Source of the DNA: Utricularia gibba
Taxonomy: Eukaryota > Plantae > Magnoliophyta
DNA: 64,000 nt
Reading direction: 5' to 3'
Assembly (NCBI GenBank): GCA_002189035.1
Contig: CM007990.1
Location: 6,076,001 to 6,140,000, forward strand
In this document: positions 36,644-50,082 of the stretch, in pieces
Layout: each line of letters opens with the position of its first letter
How positions within the stretch are numbered: the first letter of the stretch is position 1
Translations under genes and position numbers: made by a program
Notes under the pieces: generated by a model
The model's input: only the letters and a program-made list of their open reading frames with translations
What the model was told of the DNA's origin: nothing
The model's database searches: none

Positions 36644-39073
36644 ATGGTGAGTTCGCCGGCCGTATTCTAGATTTGTTAGTGAGTCTTTTTGCCCTGGTGT
36701 TTTTTGATGAGATCGGATTTGTCTCTACCTTAGCCGTGTTTAATCATCTTCTGGAGGCTTTTTACTTGGAAACAGCGTGATTTGGGTTTGTTTTAACTCG
36801 TGCATAACTTGCTATTCTCAATTTCAGGCGACTCTTAATGACTCTTTCCTGGCTGATATTGATGAGCTTTCTGATAATGAAGAGGAGCTACTGGTTGGTT
36901 AAACTTTTTTATTGCTTATTCTTGAATCTGTGTGCGTGTTCATTCCTTTGATGGATTAGTCACTTGGCACTTGATTTTTTCAAGGATACCGACGATGCCA
37001 ATGTTGAGAAAATGGAAGAAGATGTAGAAGGTGATTTGGCAGACATAGAAGCTCTGAATTATGACGATCTTGATAATCTGTCAAAACTCCAAAAAACTCC
37101 ACGCTTTACTGACATCATGAAGGTAACTTTTTTTGTGAGATGCAGCAGTGTCACTCGTGCTTTTTTTGAGATTTATTTGAGTTGTGAACTTGAAATGAAG
37201 TATGCAGTCACTTTTGGTGAAATCTTCTGTTACATTTTTCTCACGTGTTGATTCATTCTCTTTCAAATGAGGTATTGCAGTTAGCGTTCAAGCTCTCCCT
37301 TGTTCCCATCTGTCTAGTGATTTATTTGTTTATATTGCCATTAATTTTAGAGAGTGGAAGATGCCCTAGAAAAGGGATCAGTATCGACCTCTCAAGCAGG
37401 AGTTTTAGAGGATGATCCGGAATACCAACTGATAGTTGACTGTAATGCCTTGTCGGTTGACATTGAGAATGAAATTGTTGTAATTCATAATTTCATTCGT
37501 GACAAGTACCGACCAAAATTTCCCGAACTGGAGTCCTTAGTTCATCACCCAGTTGACTATGCTCGGGTTGTTAAGAAGATTGGCAATGAAATGGACCTAA
37601 CATTGGTAGATCTGGAAGGCCTTCTGCCTTCTGCTATTATCATGGTGGTTTCGGTCACAGCATCTACCACCAGTGGCAAGCCTCTTCCAGATGAGGTTTT
37701 GGGCAAAGCTATCGATGCCTGTGACAGAGCTCTTGCTCTCGATGCATCAAAAAAGAAAGTTCTGGACTTTGTGGAGAGTCGCATGGGTTATATTGCTCCA
37801 AATCTTTCTGCAATAGTTGGCAGTGCTGTGGCAGCAAAACTTATGGGGACAGCAGGAGGTCTTTCGACACTGTCAAAAATACCTGCATGCAATGTAATGC
37901 TTCTGGGTGCAAAAAAGAAGACCCTAGCTGGATTTTCAAAAGCAACATCTCAATTTCGTGTTGGTTATTTGGAGCAAACAGAAATATTCCAGAGCACTCC
38001 TCCACCATTGAGGATAAAGGCTTGCCGAATTTTAGCTTCAAAATCAACTCTTGCTGCACGTGTGGATTCTTCAAGAGGAGATCCAACTGGGAAAACTGGA
38101 AGAACTTTCCGTGCTGAGATTCTGAAGAAGATAGAGAAGTGGCAAGAACCTCCACCTGCAAAGCAACCTAAACCTCTTCCTGTTCCTGATTCAGAACCAA
38201 AAAAGAAGAGGGGTGGTCGAAGGTTAAGGAAGATGAAAGAAAGGTACATGAAACCTTCCTGTATAGTTTCTTTTCCATTTGTACTAGAATCGAAGCTACT
38301 CTTAGAGTGGAATATGTTGATAGCCTTTGGTATGCTACAGATATGCTATTACAGACATGCAGAAGCTGGCTAACAGGATGGCGTTTGGAGTCCCAGAAGA
38401 GAGCTCTTTAGGTAATCACCTTCAGCTTTGTTTTTACTTGTCAACCAATTAATGTTCCCTTTTTTTTTGTTGAAGGTGATGGTCTTGGGGAGGGATACGG
38501 AATGCTTGGTCAGGCTGGTAGTGGGAAGCTACGTGTGACTGCTCGTCAGAGCAAGCTTGGTGTCAAAGTAGCCAAGAAGTATGCTCTTTTTCAACTGTTG
38601 ATTTTGAACCCATTGATGTAAACTGCAGCCCCTAGGGTGATAAAATAAGCAGTTTTTAAGAGTTCATGTACGGTTTTGGCTGTCTGCTCTGTTGAGACGT
38701 TTGTGCTCACATACTGTGGTTTTCTTTTGTCAGATTCAAGGAGAAGCAATTTGGCACTAGCGGTGCAACTTCTGGGCTTACATCAAGTCTAGCATTCACC
38801 CCTGTGCAGGTACCCTATACCTTTCCTAGTCTAATAACCGATCTTGTTTTCCAGTAAAAGATAGCAAGAATGTTTCTTAAACTCGCGATCGGCAATTGGC
38901 CAAACTTCTCCGGCGCTAAGACTTTCTCGCAACTCCAACCAAGGCTAAAGTTGTTGCGATCATTTTTACAGGGAATCGAGCTTTCAAATCCTCAGGCAAA
39001 CCTTCTCGGCGGCGGGAGTGAAAGCACCTATTTCTCCGAGACTGGCACGTTTTCGAAGATCAAGAGAATGTGA
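36644..39073 (+). CDS. PRP31: U4/U6 snRNP protein PRP31, multi-exon (first coding exon is the ATG only)
   Basis: M|ATLNDSFLADIDELSDNE; IHNFIRDKYRPKFPELESLV; NOP domain GSAVAAKLMGTAGGL; KIEKWQEPPPAKQPKPLPVP; KKKRGGRRLRKMKERY; SGLTSSLAFTPVQGIEL; STYFSETGTFSKI. Confidence 0.95.
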
Positions 39074-39536
39074 GACAGACACCTGTAGCAGTATGAAGCA
39101 TGGAAGGAAAGCCATCCTGTGGGGACTTGTGACCAGATGAAGATGAATGCTCCACTGTAGAAGCCGGTGCCTAGCCACTACTAATCTGAAACCCGTGTTG
39201 CTGTGCCCTTTTTTATGTTGCAAATCGTCAATTGATTTCTTTCCCCCATAGAATTAGAATCTTCATTTTATCAGTCAGATCATACTCATCTGATTGGTGG
39301 GTTTTGTGGCAGTGAGAAATCCCAAAATTGACCTACACTTCAGAATACCCTTGGAGCCGGCGAGGCTCGGTCATTTGAACACGGGGTGACGGACGGACCA
39401 CTCGACGACTTGGGCTGAGCCCTTTCGGAGTCGCTGTAAATGTTCTGCTCTATCTAAAAATGTTGTTTCCCACTGCGTATTCGACAGTATGTGCTAACGA
39501 CGAATCTCTCCCATCTCTCAGTTTAATCTTGAAACG

Positions 39537-41475
39537 ATGGATTTAAGCTCCAGCGCCAGCGTTCTTACTGCAATTGACGGACCCATGAAGCCCCTCAAGG
39601 GTGCCTTGCTCAGCTCCCCCACTCTAGTATGCTAGTTCTTTTTTCCCTTTTGCTTGTTAGAGTTGTTCGAATACCCAGCCGTTCCTTCGCGCGAAACAGC
39701 AAAATTAGTTAGGGAGAGTAAATGCGTTGTTTTTATCTTGCAGGGATGCCGAAAAAGAAAGTGCAGTTTGCTTTCCAATGGCGGGGTGCTCAAAGTCTTG
39801 TCTTATTATGGCCTTAGAAGTCCACCTTACAAACTTGTGAGATGTTAATTCCAATTTTACTTGTTCACCTTCATGCCCTGTAAATTCTTTGAACAATTGT
39901 CTCAATGATCTTAAAGAACGTGCCTTCACAAACACTTGTCGCATGGAAGTTAATTTGGTGATGATGAGACAAGAACTCGTTCTTTCATGATGCATATTAC
40001 GGTGTATCGTTTTGTATGCATAGTGTCGTTCTCTTTTCTTCAGTTGGGGTTTTAGGCATGATCAGGACCTCTGTGCTGCCTGCCATTTTTCATGTATTTG
40101 CATTTCTGTTTTGGCGCATGGTTGTTTGACAGCATTTTTTTTTTTAACATTTTACCTTTGGAACCCGCAGAATGCGCTAGAACCGTACATGAGCCAGAGA
40201 ACACTTGAGATGCATTGGGGTGCTCATCATCGCGGTTATGTTGAGAATCTTAATAAACAACTAGGGAAAAATGACGTACTTTATGGATACACTCTTGAGG
40301 AGCTAATTCGAGCTACATATAATAACGGCAACCCACTGCCTGAATTTGATAATGCGGCTCAGGTACACTGGAGATGTCACATGTAGTCTTATTGAGCTTC
40401 ATTTTTTCATGTGTTGCAATCCTTCCCCTGTAAAACATACTTCTGTTAGCTTGGTTTCCGGATACACTCTACATGAAAGAATTGCATGTCTTAGTTTCTT
40501 TCGTGTATTTTTTTGGAAACCTACATTTTCCATCCCTGTCGGTTTGTCACAGAGGTCCGCATCCTTATTGAAAAATATGCTTGCCGATAAAAATCAACTT
40601 GTGCTTTTTGGCACTCATTAGCATCTCAATATGTTACCGTAGTTTCATCTTGGTAATTTTGATATCTAATATGGACTGATTGTGGCACGGCTTTATTATC
40701 TCATGACCTTCAATGTAGCTTTGGAATCATGACTTTTTTTGGGAGTCCATGCAACCAGGAGGTGGGGGCACGCCCACCCCGGGCCTACTTCATCAGATAG
40801 AGAAGGATTTTGGTTCGTTTTCCAACTTCAAAGATAAATTCACAGAAGCTGCTGTCACTGCCTTCGGATCGTCCTGGGTTTGGTTGGTTTGTAAGTCGTT
40901 AGTTGCCGTCTGAGTTTTGTTTGACGTTATCAGTTTCTAGGACACTCTTAAAAAAGTTTTGAACCTATGCAGTGAAGAGGGAGAAAAGGTGTTTTTCCAT
41001 CGTTAAAACAACCAACTCCGTGAATCCTCTAGTGTGGAATGACATCGTAAGTTGCCACAAATGCTTGCATTTCCCATTGTTCTGTCACTGTTTCCAGGTT
41101 AGAGAACCTAATTCTCCCCTTGTCCTGTGCAGCCGATTATCGGTTTGGATATGTGGGAGGTGAGCAGCCTATACAGTAGACTACTTTTGAACATGCAACT
41201 ATGCTTCCCGGAATATTACTTTTGACTGACTCCTTGCCTCATGTTTGCAGCATGCTTATTATCTGGACCACAGGGTAAGCTTGCAGTCTGTACAGGATTT
41301 GTCTTACAATGGCTCCTGGTCTTATGTTGGTTCGCCCCCTGTTGAGCAGAATGACAAAGCCAATTACCTCAACACTTTCATGGATCACCTCGTATCATGG
41401 AATGCAGCTGCTGCACGCCTCGCCCGCGCCCAAGCTTTTGTTAACTTAGGTGAACCCAAAATCCCAGTTGCTTGA
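39537..41475 (+). CDS. FSD3: Chloroplast Fe superoxide dismutase 3 (PEP-associated), multi-exon
   Basis: YYGLRSPPY; [23 protein letters not shown]; [15 protein letters not shown]; LDMWEHAYYLD; C-terminus [13 protein letters not shown] typical of FSD3. First intron 39601-39660 is 60 nt. Confidence 0.92.
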
Positions 41476-41665
41476 AACATGCCCCTTTTCGGCGGACAGT
41501 GACAGTAGGTTTAAAACTCAATTAAAGAGCTGCAGAATCTCTCTTCTACTGATGTTTGGGCTTAGAGGCAGCTTACAAGTTGTAAATTGTAGTGGGTCAA
41601 GGTGAAATGTAAGGGAGACATGTCGTTTTTTATTGTTATTGTTTAAGGATACTCAAGCCCCATCA

Positions 41666-41737
41666 GCGTTTGTAGTCCAACGGTTAGGATAATTGCCTTC
41701 CAAGCAATAGACCCGGGTTCGACTCCCGGCAAACGCA
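41666..41737 (+). tRNA. tRNA-Gly (anticodon TCC)
   Basis: 72 nt; acceptor stem GCGTTTG/CAAACGC; A box TAGTCCAACGG; anticodon arm TTGC-CTTCCAA-GCAA; B box GGTTCGACTCC. Confidence 0.97.
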
Positions 41738-41767
41738 AGGCAGTCCTCTTTCAGACCCCCATAGGCC

Positions 41768-41773
41768 TTTTTT
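41768..41773 (+). terminator. RNA polymerase III oligo-T terminator
   Basis: T6 run 30 nt downstream of the tRNA. Confidence 0.7.
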
Positions 41774-41921
41774 ATTTTATTAACTCTCGGCCCAACTCGA
41801 TGATTGCCTGTTCCTCTTGTAATTGATTTTTGGGCCGACTAAGGCCCGGTATTAAAAAAGAATGCAACAAAACTTGAAGCGCCAAAGAACCGACATGATC
41901 TATCTATCACCAAGACATCAA

Positions 41922-42485
41922 ATGGCCGCTGTTCTTTTCCCTTCATCTTCTGCTCTGAAGTTTCTCCGGCCAAATCCGGCGGCATTCTCGTCATCATCGC
42001 CACGGCGAGCCGCGTATTTTACCCTCACCGGGCCACCACGTGCCTCAGCCGAAGAAAATTCCACCTCAGTGGACCCTAAATCCGAACAGGACGACAGCTT
42101 CGAGAACCGCCTCTCGAAGGTTCGCCTCCGTTACCCCAGTAGAACCGAAGAAAGAGCCGAGATCAAGAGGTCTAAGAAGGCTAAGAAAAGCGGGTCTGGA
42201 TCTAGCGTTTTCCTCCCGCCTGTGCCTCTTAAGGAGCCCATTTCTTCCGTTGGATTGCCTGTGGAATTCGGGTTCAGCCCGTATTCGGAGCTCTTAAATG
42301 GCAGAATTGCAGTTCTGGGGTTAACCGCTTTGTTCGCCGTGGAGCTCGCCACCGGTAAAGGAGTCTTGAACTATCACTCTCCGGCGATTGTTCTGATCCA
42401 GGTGTATTTCGTGGCTGCTGTTTCTGCTTTATACATCAAGTACGAGAAAGAAGGCAATTCTGTCTGGCCTGATACAAAGCCATAG
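41922..42485 (+). CDS. Chloroplast two-helix LHC-like (SEP-type) protein, intronless
   Basis: Ser/Arg-rich transit peptide; FENRLSKVRLRY; chlorophyll-binding LHC motif GFSPYSELLNGRIAVLGL; second hydrophobic helix IVLIQVYFVAAVSALY. Confidence 0.8.
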   Translation: MAAVLFPSSSALKFLRPNPAAFSSSSPRRAAYFTLTGPPRASAEENSTSVDPKSEQDDSFENRLSKVRLRYPSRTEERAEIKRSKKAKKSGSGSSVFLPPVPLKEPISSVGLPVEFGFSPYSELLNGRIAVLGLTALFAVELATGKGVLNYHSPAIVLIQVYFVAAVSALYIKYEKEGNSVWPDTKP

Positions 42486-43839
42486 GCTCCTGCTCAATTT
42501 CTTTGTGTTTGCTCTAATGCTTGGATGCCATGGAAACACCAATTTCAAGAAATGTTCACACTTTTTTTCTCGAACCCACAAACCGATCAAGCTGCTCAGA
42601 GAATTGCTTGCTCAATTGCAGGCTACGTGTAAGGTGATCGGAGGTGGTTCCTAGTTCCACAAAACACACAGGCACATTTCCACTCTTGTAGCTACTGAAA
42701 GATACAAGGGTTGATTAATATACATTGATGGGGGGAAAAAGCTACCGTTTTCCTCCCATTTAAAGCAAAACAGAGAGGGAGGGAATTGTCTATCACTTGG
42801 AAAAGGGGTGATTCAGTCTCCGTGGCGGACAGAAGGAACTTGTGTATTCCTGTGCATTTTGCAGAAAGGTCCACACCAGAATACCAACGTGGAATCGGAC
42901 CCATTTTTGCGAACATTTCTCTGAATGTGTGCGCCTCCGGAAGCAGGTTGAAGAGGTCGTCGCGGTGGCAGATGACAGATAATATTCTCAGTAACAAGGA
43001 TGGTTCCAAGAAATCCACCAAGAACAGAAAGAAGTAAGGTAGCTCTCAGTAACACCAGATGGATGCTTCCCAAAGGAAGCAGGTTAATACTCGAATAACC
43101 TGGAGTGGACGTCCAACCCAGATTAGTTCAACCTCCAACCAAACCCAGGGCTGAATTGACGAACAAGTATCTGAAATTTTCAAATTTACCTTTGACTTTC
43201 CCCTTCATATCGTCCTTGGATGAGGGAGGTTATGCATCTTGAGCCACGTCAAAGGCACCCGAGGGCCGAGACACCGATGACTATGAAGTTGAATAGTGAG
43301 TCAAGGCAGGCGCAGGCTGGTTCTGGATGATGCTGAGTTTGACATTTTGACATTATGAGATTAGGCAACGTTTGGTTGGCTGCGTCGCCAGAGCAGGTGC
43401 ATGTGTTGTTTTTGGGCGTGTCCGTCCGCATTGACACGACACGGCCACCCTCCCGAGTGTAGTTGCGTGATGACTGTTGACCGTTGAAACAAACAAGAAT
43501 AGTAAACCTCAACTCTTCCTAAAGGTCCGCGATAGCCCCAAGCTAGTAGTGTGTAATGAAGCGATGAGCATTTATTTCCCCACGACGACGTCCGGCAGCA
43601 GAACTCAATCCCTCCCAGACGCGTTCTTCTAGTGTGTGCTTCTCCCATGATGCACGTGCCTCCTTTTTGAGGATGAGGCGGTGCTGCTAGTGATATGGGA
43701 GTGGATGGATGGATACCCGAATCACAATGAGGTGATTGATAGATACCAAGGGCCCCTGCGGCTGCTTCAATGTCAAGGAACACAACACATCTTCGTCACT
43801 CTCCTCTCATCGCCATCAACATTCGGAATCTAATGTGAC

Positions 43840-45114
43840 TCATGCATTACGGCCCGGGCGGGCCTCTTCTTCTTCTGCCGCTGCCGCTTCTCCGCCGCCT
43901 TCTCCACCTCTCCTTGATATCATCGCTCTCGGTCTCCACTCCGCCCAATTCCTCCCCTCAACTCCACTTCCTTCTGTATTCCAACTAACCCTCACTCTCC
44001 CAGTTTCATCCACCAAATCGCTTATCAGCATCTCAGTCGTCTTCGTGGTGATCCCCCGCAGGTACCAGGACACCGGCGGCGGAGGAACAAACGCCGGCTG
44101 TATCAACTGCTCCAATCTCACCCTCGTGCCCACCCTCCCCTTACCCCTCGTGCACACCTCGTACTCTGCCAGTGACATGGGTCTCAATGGGTCGCACAGG
44201 TCTTCATCCACCAACAATGGCTCCATTTTCCAGCACCCTTCGAATCTCTCCATGAATCCTGACTTCACTTGTTTGAACTTCATCTGGAAGCAGCCATCAC
44301 AGTTCAAACTGGTAAGATTTGAGATCCACCAACATCCGGAAGAACACATACGTACACCAACGCACACACAAAGCTAACTCTTATGATCAGTCTTTAGGTG
44401 CCAAGATTGATTTTTTTTTTTTAAACTACTTCTCTGGTATAACTAACTGATTGTGAAGACACTTCCGGGCCATACTGGTACAAAATTCGCTTGAACTCTG
44501 TCCAAAGAGAAAAAAACAACAATCTGCATATCTGTAGCTTGAACAGAGAGAGGAGTGCAGTGAGCTTACTGTATAGTCCTCTCTATTCTGATCCACCAAA
44601 ACATGAACTGACAGGGTTCCAGTGAACCACAGAAATCTCCAAATTGCAGCTTGCTCTACTTCGACCATCTGCCTCAGTCCCTCATCAACCACCACTTTTC
44701 TAGATATCACTTCCTGATTTCAACGGAAATCATGAACAACATAAACCTGGAAACAATTTAATTACTGCAAAGGACAATTCGATTCACCTTAATGTTCTTG
44801 AAAACTCTCTTGTTTTCTGGATCAATCACAATGTTGAACACTGCATCTGGGGGCAACCCACATCCACAGTCAGATTAAGCGAAGAAAGACACCCCTTAGG
44901 TATAGTAACCTGCAAAAAGATGCTCAATCAACAGGCTGACGGTCTCGATTTAAGGAAAAATTGATTACCTTTATGTCCGGAGGATGATCAACCCATGCGG
45001 GATTATCCCTCCAGCACCCCATTTGCTTCTCTAAGTTCAATTTCCAGGTACTGGAGCTCCATGAGGCACATTCTAGTTTTTCATTAGTAGAAGAGTCGTT
45101 CTCCAATGATCCAT
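43840..45114 (-). CDS. DUF220 / START-like (polyketide cyclase fold) protein; 4 exons, apparent frameshifts
   Basis: [15 protein letters not shown]; [25 protein letters not shown]; [26 protein letters not shown]; [13 protein letters not shown]; [19 protein letters not shown]. It needs +1 nt near 45099 and at 44857-44859. Confidence 0.82.
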
Positions 45115-45756
45115 AAGGCAGCTAGGGCAGCACAATCATCGTCCCTTCAATTCAATGACAGTTTCTTACACGAAATTTGATGAATTGAGGGGTTAACTCA
45201 CTCGTACGAGCTCGCTAACTTGCTTCTGGACCCGAGAGACGAATCTGCTCAATGAATCGATGAGAAGATCGGTACGCCCCAAGCCCATTTTACTGGAAGC
45301 ATTGCCTGCGAGGCAAGATTTTTTTTTTTAAAAAAAAAAAAAAGGGGTGGGTGAGGGGGTGTGGAGGTGGGGTGGATGAACCTTCGGAGTCAGGCGGAGC
45401 GATGGGAAGGCAGATCTTGATGCCACTACCTTTAGACATTTGGTTCTTCTAGGCGAATGAGAAGGAAGGGCTGCGCCGAGAAAGTAGGCGGCGCAGAAAA
45501 CTCATACCCTGACTTTTCCTCATCTCAGCGAATAGCCGGAGAATAAAGAAGAATGGTCGATGCTGGGAGCCGTACTTTCTCTAGAACAAGAGAAAGGTCA
45601 ACACCTGTGTGTGTGTCATTAGTGTGAGTGGTCTTACCCCTCGTGTAACAAAACCGTGTTTCACATTTCGACATCCTATAAAGCGTTTTACATTGAAAGG
45701 GCCTTCTTCAACATCTCCAAAGGATTTGCTGAATCCCATCCCTAGGTCTGTGCGAG

Positions 45757-46602
45757 ATGCAGGCGACCGCGGAGCGGAGCGGGTGCCGGAAGGATGACGC
45801 GAGGTCGGAAATCGAGAGTAGTCTCGATTTTGGAGGAAGGTTGAAGATTGAGGACGATTTGGAAGGTTACGATGTGGAAAAGGAGGATCGTGGAGGTGAT
45901 TTGGGCGAGGAGGAGGAGGAGGAGGAGGAGGAGGAGGAGGAGGAAGAGGAGGAGGAGTTTTCTTTTATGTGTGGAGAATCGGTAGCCACGGCGATTACGG
46001 CGGACGATGCTTTCGTCGACGGTAAAATTAAGCCGATTTTTCCGATATTCGAACGAGATTTGGTGTTTTCGAGCATAGAATCCCAGGATTCGCTTGAGAA
46101 TCTACCGGTTACACCGCCCGTGGAGATGGTTTTAGTGGAAATTAGGGAGGAGGAGCGTGAAGAGGGGAAGTCGCCGGCGCCGGAAGCCGTCGGACCCTTC
46201 TGCGAGTGGTCTAGTCGGAAGGCGGAGGAAGCGCCTCTGCAGATCTGCAAGAAGAGCAATTCGACGGGAACTTCCAAATTCAGGCGGATCAAAGATCTGG
46301 TCGGAAGGTCGAACAGCGACGGAAGAGACGCTTTTGTTTTCCTCAACAAACATCACCCCCCAGCTGCCTCGTCGATGGAGCCAGCGCCGCCCATGACGGC
46401 AGAGAAGAAGGCAAGGAAAATCGTTAGGAAACCGAAGCAGAGTGTAACCAAAACGAGGCCGCCGTCGCCTCACGAGGTTTACTTGAGGAGTAAGGCTAAG
46501 CAGGAAGTGCAGCGGCGATCGTATCTTCCATACCGGCCGGAGTTCATGGGAATCTTCACAAATATCCACGGCGGCCTGTCTAAAAACCTGCACCCCTTTT
46601 GA
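45757..46602 (+). CDS. DUF1645 family protein, intronless
   Basis: EFSF...ITADDAFVDGKIKPIFPIF; GPFCEW; CKKSNSTGTSKFRRIKDLVGRSNSDGRDAFVFL; RRSYLPYRPEFMGIFTNIHG...HPF*. Confidence 0.9.
   Translation: MQATAERSGCRKDDARSEIESSLDFGGRLKIEDDLEGYDVEKEDRGGDLGEEEEEEEEEEEEEEEEEFSFMCGESVATAITADDAFVDGKIKPIFPIFERDLVFSSIESQDSLENLPVTPPVEMVLVEIREEEREEGKSPAPEAVGPFCEWSSRKAEEAPLQICKKSNSTGTSKFRRIKDLVGRSNSDGRDAFVFLNKHHPPAASSMEPAPPMTAEKKARKIVRKPKQSVTKTRPPSPHEVYLRSKAKQEVQRRSYLPYRPEFMGIFTNIHGGLSKNLHPF
45907..45957 (+). repeat. (GAG)n coding microsatellite, 17 Glu
   Basis: Near-perfect GAG run with one GAA, in frame in DUF1645. Confidence 0.95.
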
Positions 46603-46955
46603 CATGCCACCAAACTGAACTCTGCTCCATATCCAGGCTCTGTTTCTTTCTTCTGTAGGATCAATTCATTCGTTCCGTTTATTCCCATGCAAAGAAACCA
46701 AACACCTGTACAGTTCCAGTTTCATATCTACAGAATTTGATGCAGTAGTTGTACCTCGTAACTCTGTACTGCTTAATGCGCTAATTAATCGTGAAAGAAG
46801 ATACTTTTATCCATCTGTGCTTGGAATTGGGAGAAATTGGTGGTAGTAGTATCGATGATGGCAACACAGGATGAGGATCCCTTCGTGCTATCACACCAGA
46901 ACACAAGCGAAAGACAATTAGTGTAGTAGGATAAGACGATCGGACAGAGTGGGTC

Positions 46956-48144
46956 TTAGGCAGCAGAGGGTGCGGGAATGTATGAAACCTCTGGCTCGGG
47001 AAGAGAAGCCAAGATGGTCGCAGCAGCTGGCTTCGAGTCCGCCGGTGAGTCGAGGGAAGCATCGTCGTAAACATCGAACCACTTCTTCACCAGATATTTG
47101 ATGTCCTCACGGTCCATGTTGGCCTCCACACCGGTGTACCTCCACGGCTTTGATCCCTGCTCCGGAGGCGGAAAGACAACAGCTTTACTATAAAGAGATC
47201 CCTTTTAGGACTTGCGGGGAAGACATTACCGCGGCGCAGTAGTGAACAACAACAACTTTCTCCAGCTCAACGTTCTCGGGATGGCGCCAAAGCATAGCGA
47301 GCACAAGGTTGTAGACCAGAGGAATTGGCTTGTAGATCGATTGGAAGAACATGTTGAGGAAATCCTGTAAATTGACCGACGTTAGTACGAATCTGGATGC
47401 AGATACGTTTTCCAACATGACACCACCTGCTCGGCAAAAGGTGTGGGAGGAGTGACGCGCAGAGTTGAGAGGAGATTCTCATAGGTCTCCAAGCTGGGCT
47501 CGTGAACGAACATGCCGGCGTTGAAGTAGAGCGGAGGAGGGGATCCCATCTCCGCCGGCCACGTCACCTTATCGGGGCACTGCTGGCAGTACCCGATCTT
47601 ATACTGGGGCGAGTGGCTCCATGTTTTCTCACAGAAGCAGTCCATCACAGCGTAGAAGTAGCCGTTGGGAGTGTCGAAAAGATGGTCGATGTTCTCATAA
47701 ACTTGGATGTCTGCGTCAAGGTACACCATCTTCTCGTACTCCACGAACTGTGCAACTTATCAAGTCTCTCTGAGTAACAGCAACAGAAGACTAATTTTTT
47801 TCTGATGTGCATAGAGAGAACTTACGCTCCAGATCCGGAGTTTGGAATAGTTGATGACATAATAAGCCATGGCGAACTGAATCTGGTTTTCCGGTGGGTA
47901 AATCGGCTCGATCTCCCTCACAATGCATCCCTGCGACCGGAGAAGTTGGCGGTGCTCCTCCGGGACGTCGGGAAGAATGGCAACCACCAGAGGATAAGCG
48001 CTCTTGACCTTTTTGAGGCCCTTGGCGAGCCCAACGGCTCCCTTCACGTAGTCACCGTTGCCTGCCAAGAAAGTGACATAGGCTCTGTTGGTGGTGGGGC
48101 TTGGTGGCGGCGGGGAGGGATTCGACTGGTGCTACCGGGGCCAT
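46956..48144 (-). CDS. GolS: Galactinol synthase (GT8); 4 exons, apparent frameshift near the N-terminus
   Basis: RAYVTFLAGNGDYVKG; YYVINYSKLRIW; YLDADIQV; FYAVMDCFCEKTWSH; TPFAEQDFLN; HYCAAGSKPWRY; end PAPSAA*. Confidence 0.93.
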
Positions 48145-48729
48145 CTCTGGAGGCTGAAGACTCGCAGGAAAGCTACGTAACTCTGGAGTGCCTTCTTCCC
48201 GAGTCTGGAATACTGCTGCTGTGGTGGCTTGGCTTATATAGACAGAGCTAGCTCGAAGGAGATGCTGAAACCAAATCCAGATAAAAAGTGCATACCCCTT
48301 TTCTTTTCTTTCAATATTCTTGTGTCCAGTTATGAATGAATAACTGTGCGCAAATGCATTCTCATCTCAGAATTATTTATTTATTTCCTGGAAGAGCGTC
48401 GAGCGTTTGGAGTCAACTCTCCCCAAGCCAATCTAAAAGCACAAAAATAGAAAGAGGATGGAATGTACCTACAAATACATGATGCATATACGCATACACC
48501 TTTATTCTTCGACAATGGAATATTATGAAGAAGAGTTGTGTGAACAAAAATGTAATCGCAGCTGCGAATAAAGTTTTTTATTCCTTTTTCCTGGGTGAAT
48601 ATTGATTTGAAAAGCAGGCACAGGTGTCGAGCAGCAGAGTGGCCACCACAGCCAGAAGCGAAATACAACACAGAACACAAGTATCAAGGATAAAGACATA
48701 AGATGCACCCCGCGGACCACTTGGGACGA

Positions 48730-50082
<1,353 letters not shown>

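Noticed and set aside
41738-41830. Possible dicistronic tRNA-Gly/snoR43 gene
   Set aside because: Known dicistrons use tRNA-Gly(GCC) followed by a C/D box RNA. This tRNA is TCC, no C box follows, and a T6 terminator lies 30 nt downstream.
45319-45343. T11-A14 inverted repeat
   Set aside because: Simple adjacent homopolymers in a promoter spacer, with no TSD or TIR context for a MITE.
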